Positions 8,641 to 17,006 of a stretch of 64,000 bases of DNA are shown piece after piece; position 1 is the first letter of the stretch, and each line of letters begins with the position of its first letter. Under the pieces are notes generated by a model. The model saw only the letters and a list, made by a program, of their open reading frames with translations. It had not been told where the DNA came from and ran no database searches. Position numbers and translations under genes: made by a program. The stretch lies in contig CAKSDZ010000001.1 in the NCBI GenBank assembly GCA_934446365.1, positions 257,521 to 321,520 of the forward strand, given 5' to 3'. The stretch is from an uncultured Eubacteriales bacterium. GTDB lineage: Bacteria; Bacillota; Clostridia; Oscillospirales; CAG-272.

Positions 8641-10320
8641 ATGGGCGCATATGCAAACGGAACGATTGACAATGGAAAAAGCAGAGTTTCCGTTCGGGCA
8701 GAATCCGGAACAAGGCTTCTTGACGTCCTGCGTGCGGCAGGCGTTGAAATCGCCGCACCCTGCGGCGGAAACGGAACCTGCGGGAAATGCCGTGTGAGGG
8801 TGACGGGCGTGCTTTCCGAAATGGGAGACGACGAACGGTGTTTTCTCGGCGAAGAGGAGACTGCCCGCGGTATCCGTCTTGCCTGCAAATGCCGGGTGCT
8901 GGATGATTTTGAAGTACATTTGGAAGAGGATGTCCTGCATGTGGAGACGGATTATAAGACGGTTTCCTATACGCTGTCACCGATGATTCGCGCGATGAGA
9001 GAGGCGTTGAAAACAACATTTTTCTTTGACGGAGAACCACTTGATACGGCTGCACCGGATGCGGCAAACCTTGGACTTGCCGTTGATATCGGTACGACGA
9101 CGGTCGCGGTATATCTCTGCGATATGGATATGGGCAGGGTCGTGGGAACGTGTGGCTTCCGCAATCCGCAGGCATCGTATGGCGCCGATGTCATTTCCCG
9201 TATCGACAAAATTATGAAGGAGCCTGCCGCGCTGAAAGAAGAGCAGCGGCTTATCATAGAGGCAATCGGTAGGACCGCGGCGGAGCTTTGCGCCGCCTGC
9301 GGCTGTACGGTCGCGGATGTGCGTGCGGCGGTTTTCTGCGGAAATACCGTGATGCAGCATATTGCGGCCGGAATCGACCCTTCGAGCATTGCCCGCGCGC
9401 CGTTCACGGCACCGACGCTTTTCGGGGAATTTTACCGTGCCGATGCGGTTGGACTTCCGATTTTTCCCGCGGCTCCGATTTATTTTTCACCGTGCTTTGC
9501 GTCCTATGTCGGTGGGGATATCGCCTGCGGCATGATTGCTGCGGGGCTGGACCGTCCTTCGGACAATGTCTTGTTCATCGATATCGGGACGAACGGGGAA
9601 ATCGGTCTTTCCACAAAAAACGGACTGTATTTTTGTTCGGCGGCGGCAGGTCCCGCCTTTGAAGGCGCGCATATCGAATGCGGTATGGCGGGGACTGCCG
9701 GCGCCGTGAGCGAAGTTTTCCTTGACGGGGACGGAATCGCATACCGCACGGTCGGAGACGCGGCGCCTGCCGGTATCTGCGGATCGGGCATCATCGACGC
9801 CGCCGCTGTCATGCTGGACGCCGGACTGCTCGACGAAACCGGACGGATTACCGACAAAGACGAAGCCGGCAAGTATGCTTCCTACATCGGAGAGGACGCG
9901 GACGGCGATCTGACTTTTGTCATAGATTCGGAACATTCCGTCTATATGACGGGGAAGGATATCCGCGAGGTTCAGCTTGCGAAGGCTGCAATCTGTGCGG
10001 GGATTTATACGCTGCTGGACAAAGCGGGGCTGTCTCTTTCCGATATAACGTCGGTCGTGCTTGCGGGCGGCTTCGGTTCTCATATCAATAAGGCGAGCGC
10101 GTGCAGGATCGGCCTGATTCCTCAGGCGCTTGACGGGAAGATCGTTTCTGCCGGCAATACCGCAGGCGCGGGCGCCGTTGCGATTTTGCTTGGAAAGGAG
10201 CCGCGCGAAGCGGCAAAGACGATCTGTGGGAAGTCTGATTATACCGAGCTTTCTCAGAGTGCGTTCTTCATGGAAAAATATATTGAGGAAATGATGTTTG
10301 AAGAAACCATAGGCGGATAA
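8641..10320 (+). CDS. 2Fe-2S ferredoxin domain fused to an ASKHA-fold ATPase (DUF4445; RACo-like corrinoid activation protein family)
   Basis: GGAGA RBS before the ATG at 8641. Plant-type ferredoxin motif CGGNGTCGKCRV...LACK, then ASKHA phosphate motifs (LAVDIGTTTVAVY, LFIDIGTNGEI, VLAGGFGSHI). Confidence 0.75.
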   Translation: MGAYANGTIDNGKSRVSVRAESGTRLLDVLRAAGVEIAAPCGGNGTCGKCRVRVTGVLSEMGDDERCFLGEEETARGIRLACKCRVLDDFEVHLEEDVLHVETDYKTVSYTLSPMIRAMREALKTTFFFDGEPLDTAAPDAANLGLAVDIGTTTVAVYLCDMDMGRVVGTCGFRNPQASYGADVISRIDKIMKEPAALKEEQRLIIEAIGRTAAELCAACGCTVADVRAAVFCGNTVMQHIAAGIDPSSIARAPFTAPTLFGEFYRADAVGLPIFPAAPIYFSPCFASYVGGDIACGMIAAGLDRPSDNVLFIDIGTNGEIGLSTKNGLYFCSAAAGPAFEGAHIECGMAGTAGAVSEVFLDGDGIAYRTVGDAAPAGICGSGIIDAAAVMLDAGLLDETGRITDKDEAGKYASYIGEDADGDLTFVIDSEHSVYMTGKDIREVQLAKAAICAGIYTLLDKAGLSLSDITSVVLAGGFGSHINKASACRIGLIPQALDGKIVSAGNTAGAGAVAILLGKEPREAAKTICGKSDYTELSQSAFFMEKYIEEMMFEETIGG

Positions 10321-10367
10321 TATATACGCGAGTATAAGATGATATATGCTTATGTATAAAATAAAAA

Positions 10368-10404
10368 ATACAAACGTATAAATTATTAAATACAAACGTA
10401 TAAA
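10368..10404 (+). repeat. Tandem direct repeat of a 15-nt internally palindromic motif upstream of addA
   Basis: ATACAAACGTATAAA at 10368-10382 and again at 10390-10404 (22-nt register). Each copy contains ATAC-N4-GTAT. Confidence 0.9.
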
Positions 10405-10441
10405 ATTCTGGGGGATGAAAAAAGTGAAAGGAGGGGACAAA

Positions 10442-13400
10442 ATGGGAAATGTCGTATGGACGCCCGCGCAGCGGGATGCCATTTTTTCGCGCGGGAAATC
10501 CGTCGCCGTTTCTGCGGCGGCCGGTTCTGGAAAAACCGCCGTTTTGACAAGGCGGATTATCGAGCGCGTCTGCGCACCGGACGGCTCCGGCGATCTTTCG
10601 CGTATTCTTGTCGTCACCTTTACCAAAGCTGCCGCCTCCGAGCTTGTTTCCCGTATCTCCGATGCGCTCGCGGACGAGCTTGCAAAACATCCCGAAAATC
10701 GGCACATTTATTCGCAGAGCCTGCTTGTATCGTCCGCGCATATCAGCACGATTCACAGCTTTTGCCTTGAACTCATTCGGACCAATTTTCAAAAGCTGGG
10801 GGTTCCTGCCGATTTTTCCGCGGCGGACGAAACGGAAATCACGCTGATGATGAAACGGCTCGCGGACGAGCTGATTTCCGATTATTTTGAAGGGGAAATC
10901 TCCCCCGATGAGGAAAAAATCGAGGATTTTGCCAGATTTGCGGATACCTTTGGAGACATCTCGAATATGGAGAAGCTTTCGGAGACGATGCTTTCTCTCT
11001 ATCGGTCTTTGTCCTCGACGGCCGGCTTTCTCGACAACATCGACCGTTTTCGGCTTGCCTACGAAAAGGCGGCGGCTGACGGCTTCGACGGCAGCGTGTG
11101 GGAACAGTCGCTCCGCGCCTATCTTGCGGATTTTCTCCGCCATTATAAAACGATATACGTGCAGGCGCTTGCATACATTGCGGCAAACGACCTGTATGCG
11201 AAATATACCGATGCATTTTCGCATGATTTGTCTTATGTGGAAAAACTTTTGTATTTGGCGGAAAACGGCAGCTCCTATCAAGCGTTATCAGAGGCGCTCG
11301 CTTCATATTCGCCGGTCAAGCTTGCCGCGGTGCGCGGTGTCTCCGGCGATGAGACGATGAATACCTATAAGGGGGCACGCACCGAATTTGCAAAGGAGCT
11401 GCGTCGGATATCCGCGGAATATTACAGCTTTTCGGATGAGGCTCTCCGGACGGCGCTTGCCGAAACGGCGGAGCTGCTCCGCGATCTTGCCGCGTTCCTT
11501 TGTACCTTTGATAAGCGTTTTTCCGAAGAAAAACGGCGACGCAGGATCATAACCTTTGCGGATATGGAACGGTATGCGCTTGCTCTGTTATGGGATAAAA
11601 CGGTGGGAGCGCCGACCGAGCTTGCACGGTCGCTGCAAAATTCCTTTGATGAAATTTACATAGACGAATATCAGGACACCAATGAAATACAGGATATGAT
11701 TTTCCGGCTGATTTCCCGTGGGAACAACCGGTTTTGCGTCGGCGACGTCAAGCAGAGCATTTATTCATTCCGCGGCGCCGAGCCGTCGATTTTCGAGGCG
11801 GAGCTTTCGGCACGTCCGAAGTATGATAAGGCTTGTCCGCAGGAGGCTGTCAAGATTTATTTATCGGAAAATTTCCGTTCGTCGGCGGAGATTCTCGATT
11901 TCTGTAATGGGATTTTTGAAAAGCTGATGAATGCGGATGCCGTCCGATATGGAGAGGATGAGCGGCTGAACTGCGGCACCGGCCGTCACGGCGCGTTTCC
12001 GGAGATTTGTCTGCTTGCAAAGCCGGAGGAGGACGAGGAGGATGAAAGTTCCGATGCGGAGGCGGATTATGTCGCAGGGCGGATATCGGAGCTTCTTGGG
12101 AGCGGAAAAAAAGCGGACGGATCTCCGGTGAGACCGTCCGATATCGTGATTCTGCTGCGAAGCGCCGCTTCTTCCTCTTCCGTGTATGAGGATGCCCTGA
12201 AAAAAAGGGGAATCCCATGCAGAAACACGGCGGCGATCGAGTTTTTTGAAAGTCCGGAAGTGCTTCTCATGCTGTCGCTTCTGAATGTGATAGACAATCC
12301 GGCGCGGGACATTTATCTTGCTGCCGCACTGAAAAGTCCTTTGTACGGCGTGACGCTGGACGAGCTGATGTTTCTTCGCCGTCACTCTCCGGAGGGGACG
12401 CTGTTTCAGGCCCTTTGCAGATTCACCGAGGAGACGGGTTTTGCCAAGGGAGAAAAATTCCTGCGCGACAGGGAAGCGTATGCACGGCTTTCGGCGGAGC
12501 TTCCATGCGACAAGCTGATTTGGCAGATTTATACCGACACCGGCATCTTCTCGATTTTAACGTCCGACCGGGAAAAACCGGTATATGAGACAGAACAGGC
12601 GAGGGCAAATCTCGTCATGCTGTATCAATATGCGCGCGGCTTCGAGCGCGGCGGCTTCAAGGGCCTTTCCGGATTTATTTCCTTTATCAACGATGTGATT
12701 GCAAACAAGGAGAAGCTGGATATTTCCCAGTTCGCCTCGCCCGGAGAAGTCGTGAATATTATGACGATCCATAAATCCAAAGGACTTGAATTTCCGATTT
12801 GCTTTGTCTGCGGCATGTCGCGCCGGTTCCATTTTCCCGAGCAGCGGAATAAAACGGTTTATCACGCAAGACTTGGCATATCCGTCAAGCTGTCGGCGGA
12901 ATCGGGGCTTGTCAGAATGGATACCCCGATGCGCATGGCCTCGCTGCTCGACCTCCGTCTGCGTGCGGTGGACGAGGAGCTGCGCGTGCTCTATGTCGCG
13001 CTGACGAGAGCAAAGGAGCGTCTCATCATCACGGCGGCGGTAAAGGCGGAGGATATCGATTCCGGAAAATTCGAGCTTTCGTCTGTGAACGGAAAATATG
13101 CGCTTGAAAGCCGATTTTTCTCCGCTTATTCGCTAAGGCGCGCCGGAAGCTATTTTGAGCTGCTCATGGCTGCGGCGGCAGGGAATCCGGCGAGATGCCG
13201 AATCCTATATCCCGCTTCCGATACCATACCGGAGAACGAGAACAAGACGGCGGCGGAATCGCACGATATGGAAGAAACGGTAGAGGATATCACCTATTTT
13301 GAGGCGAAAAAGCTGGTTTCGGAACGGCTGGATTTTGATTATCCTTACCGCAGGCTGTCGAAAATACCTTCAAAGCTTTCCGTCTCGAAGCTCTATCCCG

Positions 13401-14038
13401 GCGTGCTTGACGAATCCGACGGAGCAGAGGAGGACGCGGAGCCTCCGACGGCGGTTCCGATGCCTCACTTCCTCATGCGGGAGCCGGATGAAAATATCAC
13501 GGCGGCGGAGCGCGGAACGGCGATGCATACCTTTATGCAGTTCTTCGACTTTGAGAGCGTGAAGAAGCTTGGGATTGCGGGTGAAATTGACCGTCTTGTG
13601 GAGAATCGGTTTTTGTTCTCCTCCGATAAGGAAAAGATGGATATCGCAAAGCTTACGGCGTTTTTTGAAAGCCGGCTTGCCCGCGAGATGATGTCTGCCG
13701 ATCGCATATATCGGGAAAAACGGTTCATGATTAAATATCCCGCGGCGCTCTTTACCGAGGAGGAGGCAGACAAATCCGCGCTGGCGGGCGAGAAGCTGCT
13801 TGTTCAGGGCGTAATCGACTGTGCGTATTTTAACGAGGCGGGCGAGCTGATCCTCGTCGATTATAAGACGGATTCTTTTTCCGCATCGACGAAACGTGCG
13901 CAGGTCGAAGCGGTGCTGAAAAAACGTCATTCGAGACAGCTCGGTTATTATAAGCTGGCTTGTGAAAGGCTGTTCGGCATGCTTCCGGCGCACACCTATC
14001 TTTATTCATTCGCTTTAAATGATGTTGTGGAAATTTAG
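10442..14038 (+). CDS. addA: ATP-dependent helicase/nuclease AddA (UvrD/PcrA-like helicase with C-terminal PD-(D/E)XK nuclease)
   Basis: AGGAGGGG RBS before the ATG at 10442. WTPAQRDAIFSRGKSVAVSAAAGSGKTAVL (Walker A), DEYQDTN, a UvrD helicase C-terminal domain and the terminal nuclease motif GVIDCAY...LVDYKTD. Confidence 0.9.
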   Translation: MGNVVWTPAQRDAIFSRGKSVAVSAAAGSGKTAVLTRRIIERVCAPDGSGDLSRILVVTFTKAAASELVSRISDALADELAKHPENRHIYSQSLLVSSAHISTIHSFCLELIRTNFQKLGVPADFSAADETEITLMMKRLADELISDYFEGEISPDEEKIEDFARFADTFGDISNMEKLSETMLSLYRSLSSTAGFLDNIDRFRLAYEKAAADGFDGSVWEQSLRAYLADFLRHYKTIYVQALAYIAANDLYAKYTDAFSHDLSYVEKLLYLAENGSSYQALSEALASYSPVKLAAVRGVSGDETMNTYKGARTEFAKELRRISAEYYSFSDEALRTALAETAELLRDLAAFLCTFDKRFSEEKRRRRIITFADMERYALALLWDKTVGAPTELARSLQNSFDEIYIDEYQDTNEIQDMIFRLISRGNNRFCVGDVKQSIYSFRGAEPSIFEAELSARPKYDKACPQEAVKIYLSENFRSSAEILDFCNGIFEKLMNADAVRYGEDERLNCGTGRHGAFPEICLLAKPEEDEEDESSDAEADYVAGRISELLGSGKKADGSPVRPSDIVILLRSAASSSSVYEDALKKRGIPCRNTAAIEFFESPEVLLMLSLLNVIDNPARDIYLAAALKSPLYGVTLDELMFLRRHSPEGTLFQALCRFTEETGFAKGEKFLRDREAYARLSAELPCDKLIWQIYTDTGIFSILTSDREKPVYETEQARANLVMLYQYARGFERGGFKGLSGFISFINDVIANKEKLDISQFASPGEVVNIMTIHKSKGLEFPICFVCGMSRRFHFPEQRNKTVYHARLGISVKLSAESGLVRMDTPMRMASLLDLRLRAVDEELRVLYVALTRAKERLIITAAVKAEDIDSGKFELSSVNGKYALESRFFSAYSLRRAGSYFELLMAAAAGNPARCRILYPASDTIPENENKTAAESHDMEETVEDITYFEAKKLVSERLDFDYPYRRLSKIPSKLSVSKLYPGVLDESDGAEEDAEPPTAVPMPHFLMREPDENITAAERGTAMHTFMQFFDFESVKKLGIAGEIDRLVENRFLFSSDKEKMDIAKLTAFFESRLAREMMSADRIYREKRFMIKYPAALFTEEEADKSALAGEKLLVQGVIDCAYFNEAGELILVDYKTDSFSASTKRAQVEAVLKKRHSRQLGYYKLACERLFGMLPAHTYLYSFALNDVVEI

Positions 14039-14071
14039 GCCTTATAGGCTTATAATAGAAAGGGAGGCTAT

Positions 14072-14566
14072 ATGAAAAATACTGCCGTAAAGAAAAAATC
14101 GGGACTTGTCTATCTGCTGGCGCTTTTGCCGGTATTGTCCGTGGGCGTCTATCTTCTGCTGATGGCGTTCGGTCAAACGGAGGATTTTGCGATACTCGGA
14201 ATCCTCGCTTTTGCCGCAGCCGTTCTGATATGGGGCTTTGCCGGCGCGCTGTTTGCCAAATCGGGCGTCTCTTTTGGGAAATCCGCACTGATTGCCAATG
14301 CTCTGCCGATTCTCAGCACAGTCGTTTATACCGTTATCTATGTCATTGCAAAATTTTCCGATTCCGAAGCTTTGGTAAATGCGGCCGAGATCATCGGCGG
14401 ACTGGGGACGGGTGTGCTCGGTTTCTTTGGAACCATGCTTTACGTGATCATTCCGCTTGCACTTTTTGAGGTCTATGTAAATTTGGTTTTCTGCGTATTG
14501 GTATTCTCGGTGGGATATGCTATCGGAGCATCCGGACGGGCAAAGAAAAAGCAGCTGCGAAATTGA
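14072..14566 (+). CDS. Hypothetical polytopic membrane protein
   Basis: GGGAGG RBS. 164 aa with four or five hydrophobic spans. No recognisable family. Confidence 0.6.
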   Translation: MKNTAVKKKSGLVYLLALLPVLSVGVYLLLMAFGQTEDFAILGILAFAAAVLIWGFAGALFAKSGVSFGKSALIANALPILSTVVYTVIYVIAKFSDSEALVNAAEIIGGLGTGVLGFFGTMLYVIIPLALFEVYVNLVFCVLVFSVGYAIGASGRAKKKQLRN

Positions 14567-14708
14567 TAAAAATCTCGTAACAAAAAGAAGCCTCCTTCAT
14601 AATATGATAACAGGTAGGGGAAATCCTTTTTGAGATTTCTTCCTATATCAATTTTAAAGATTAAATGTTCATATTTGCTGACATCGTTGGCGAAGGGAGG
14701 AAATTTTT

Positions 14709-14798
14709 ATGAACTGTCTGTGCAATCTTTTTGACAATAACAACTGCCTTTGGATCATTGTTATTGCGGTCATCGTGCTTTGCTGCTGCTGCGGTTAA
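14709..14798 (+). CDS. Unannotated 29-aa Cys-rich hydrophobic peptide (MNCLCNLFDNNNCLWIIVIAVIVLCCCCG)
   Basis: Below the 60-aa cutoff of the ORF track. GGGAGG RBS 7-8 nt upstream of the ATG, and an intrinsic terminator 15 nt after the TAA. Resembles tiny Cys/Gly-rich single-TM peptides of spore-formers (from memory). Confidence 0.6.
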   Translation: MNCLCNLFDNNNCLWIIVIAVIVLCCCCG

Positions 14799-14813
14799 GC
14801 CGGAAAAATAGAA

Positions 14814-14853
14814 AAATACGGGCGTGCCGTTGAGGCTCGCCCGTTTTCTATTT
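14814..14853 (+). terminator. Intrinsic terminator after the small peptide gene
   Basis: ACGGGCG...CGCCCGT stem with an inner GCC/GGC extension, followed by TTTTCTATTT. Confidence 0.7.
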
Positions 14854-14869
14854 GGCGTCTTCAGACGTG

Positions 14870-15612
14870 GAAATAAACCCCCGGTTCTACCGGGGGAAGG
14901 AAAAAAGCTTCAGCGAAGAAAAAACGGCGAGCTAGAAGCAAGCCGAAAACTCCATGGTATAATAAAAGCGGTTTGACACCGCAAAACTATGGAGGAAAAG
15001 ATGAAAGAAAATAACGAAATCAAAAGCACGGCACATTCAAAGTACAGATGCCAATATCATATCGTATTTGCACCGAAGTTCAGGCGAAAAGAAATATATG
15101 GGCAGTTGAGGAAAGATATTGGAGAGATTTTGAGAAAGCTGTGCGAACAGAAAGGGGTAGAGATCATAGAAGCAGAAGCATGTCCAGACCACATACATAT
15201 GCTCGTGAGTATTCCACCCTATCTAAGTATAGCACAATTCATGGGATATCTCAAGGGGAAAAGCAGTTTGATGATATTTGATCGACATGCAAATCTGAAA
15301 TACAAGTACGGATCGAGAAATTTCTGGTGCAGGGGATATTACGTGGACACAGTAGGAAGAAACAAGAAAGTAATCGCGGAATATATCCGAAACCAATTAG
15401 AAGAAGATTATACATTGGATCAAATGTCGATCAAAGAATATACAGACCCGTTTACGGGTGGCAAGAATAGTAATGCATAAAAAAGACAGCTGCACGTGAG
15501 CGGCTGCCTGTGATTATAATGCGGTGTCAAACTTTCTGGGCCCCTTTAGGGGTTCTGCCTGTACTTGCCTCTTTTAGGGGCTGTCCAAGCCACCGGTTTA
15601 CCGGTGGTTATG
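14870..15612 (+). mobile_element. IS200/IS605-family insertion sequence, TnpA-only (IS200 group); ends approximate
   Basis: Y1 transposase ORF flanked by related subterminal hairpins CCCCCGG-TTCTA-CCGGGGG (14878-14896) and CCACCGG-TTTA-CCGGTGG (15590-15607). No terminal inverted repeats of the DDE type and no tnpB. Confidence 0.75.
15001..15480 (+). CDS. tnpA: IS200/IS605 family Y1 (HUH) transposase TnpA
   Basis: YRCQYHIVFAPKFRRKEIYG...CPDHIHMLVSIPP (HUH motif)...WCRGYYVDTVG (catalytic Tyr region). GGAGG at 14991-14995 favours the ATG at 15001 over 14989. Confidence 0.92.
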   Translation: MKENNEIKSTAHSKYRCQYHIVFAPKFRRKEIYGQLRKDIGEILRKLCEQKGVEIIEAEACPDHIHMLVSIPPYLSIAQFMGYLKGKSSLMIFDRHANLKYKYGSRNFWCRGYYVDTVGRNKKVIAEYIRNQLEEDYTLDQMSIKEYTDPFTGGKNSNA

Positions 15613-15614
15613 AC

Positions 15615-17006
15615 TTATAGATTTTTTATGTATGCGTCAATCGATTCTGCCGCCTTTTTGCCGGCTTCCATGGCGAGGATGACCGTCGCGGCACCCGTCA
15701 CGGCATCTCCTCCGGCAAATACGCCCGTGCGGGAGGTCTTTCCGCCGTCGTCCGCGACAATGCAGCCTTTTGGCGTTGTGTCGAGCTTCTGCGTTGTGGA
15801 TTTGATCAGAGGATTGGGAACCGTGCCGATGGCCATGATTACGGCATCAACCTCCAAAGTGAATTCGGAATCCGGCTTGCGCACTGGACGCCTGCGTCCG
15901 GAGGCATCCGGCTCTCCCAGCTCCATTTGTGCACATTCGACGGCACGGACGTGGCCTGCTTCGTCTCCGAGGATTTTTTCCGGATTGCTGAGCAGACAAA
16001 ACTCGATGCCCTCCGCAATCGCATGGTGGACTTCCTCGCGTCTTGCGGGAAGCTCCTCCATACTGCGGCGATAGATGACATAAACCTTTTCCGCGCCCAT
16101 GCGCTTTGCGCAGCGCGCGGCGTCCATCGCCACATTGCCGCCGCCGACCACCGCGATTTTCTCCGCTTTTTTAATCGGCGTATCATATTCGTCAAGATAC
16201 GCTTTCATGAGATTGATTCTCGTCAGGTATTCATTGGCAGAGAAAACGCCGAGAAGATTTTCTCCCGGAATCCCCATGAACTGCGGCAGACCGGCGCCGC
16301 TTCCGATGAAAACCGCCTCGAAGCCTTCGTCGAAAAGATCGTCAACGGAAAGGGAACGGCCGACGATGGCATTGGTTACGATTCTGACACCGCGTGCGGT
16401 CAGCCCGTCGATTTCCTCCTGTACGATTTCCTTTGGGAGCCGGAATTCCGGTATGCCGTAGACAAGCACACCGCCCGCCTTGTGAAACGCTTCGAACACG
16501 GTCACGTCGTATCCTTTGTTGGCGAGGCTGCCGGCGCAGGTGAGTCCGGACGGGCCGGAACCGACGACCGCTACCTTGTGCCCGTTTTTTTGCGGTGGGA
16601 CCGCGTTTTTGTCCCCATTTTTATGGCTCCTGTGATAATCGGCGGCGAAGCGTTCGAGCGCGCCGATTCCGACAGGCTCTCCCATCCTGCCGCGCACGCA
16701 TTTGCCTTCGCACTGGTTTTCTTGGGGACATACTCTGCCGCATATCGCGGGAAGCAGATTGGTCGAGGTGATGACCTCATAAGCGCTGCCGATATCGCCT
16801 TCTTTGATTTTTTGAATAAATTCCGGAATGCGGACGCCTACGGGACATCCCGCCATACACGGCGCATTTTTACAGGCGAGGCATCGCGCGGCCTCTGCCG
16901 CGGCATCCTCTGCGGTGTACCCAAGCGCGACCTCATCAAAGTTGTGGGCGCGCCGCGAAGCTTCCTGCTCCGGCATCGGCGTTTTTTTCGATTTTAAATC
17001 AGCCAT
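15615..17006 (-). CDS. nfnB: NADH-dependent reduced ferredoxin:NADP+ oxidoreductase subunit B (GltD-like / SudA-like, homotetrameric glutamate-synthase-type)
   Basis: ATG at 17006 preceded by AGGAGG, overlapping the nfnA stop (ATGGCTGA). 463 aa. Two 4Fe-4S Cys clusters (CLACKNAPCMAGCP, CGRVCPQENQCEGKC) and two Rossmann GxGxxG motifs (VAVVGSGPSG, VVGGGNVAMD). Confidence 0.8.
   Translation of the reverse strand: MADLKSKKTPMPEQEASRRAHNFDEVALGYTAEDAAAEAARCLACKNAPCMAGCPVGVRIPEFIQKIKEGDIGSAYEVITSTNLLPAICGRVCPQENQCEGKCVRGRMGEPVGIGALERFAADYHRSHKNGDKNAVPPQKNGHKVAVVGSGPSGLTCAGSLANKGYDVTVFEAFHKAGGVLVYGIPEFRLPKEIVQEEIDGLTARGVRIVTNAIVGRSLSVDDLFDEGFEAVFIGSGAGLPQFMGIPGENLLGVFSANEYLTRINLMKAYLDEYDTPIKKAEKIAVVGGGNVAMDAARCAKRMGAEKVYVIYRRSMEELPARREEVHHAIAEGIEFCLLSNPEKILGDEAGHVRAVECAQMELGEPDASGRRRPVRKPDSEFTLEVDAVIMAIGTVPNPLIKSTTQKLDTTPKGCIVADDGGKTSRTGVFAGGDAVTGAATVILAMEAGKKAAESIDAYIKNL

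Noticed and set aside
10368-10404. Interpretation of the tandem ATAC-N4-GTAT motifs as canonical LexA (Cheo) boxes
   Set aside because: The half-sites differ from GAAC/GTTC at the critical positions. I kept it as an unnamed operator candidate only.
14870-15612. Search for a TnpB / omega-RNA (OMEGA nuclease) module associated with the IS200/IS605 transposase
   Set aside because: The element is only about 740 bp and has no second ORF. The sequence after tnpA consists of short hairpins typical of the IS right end, so it is a plain IS200-type element.
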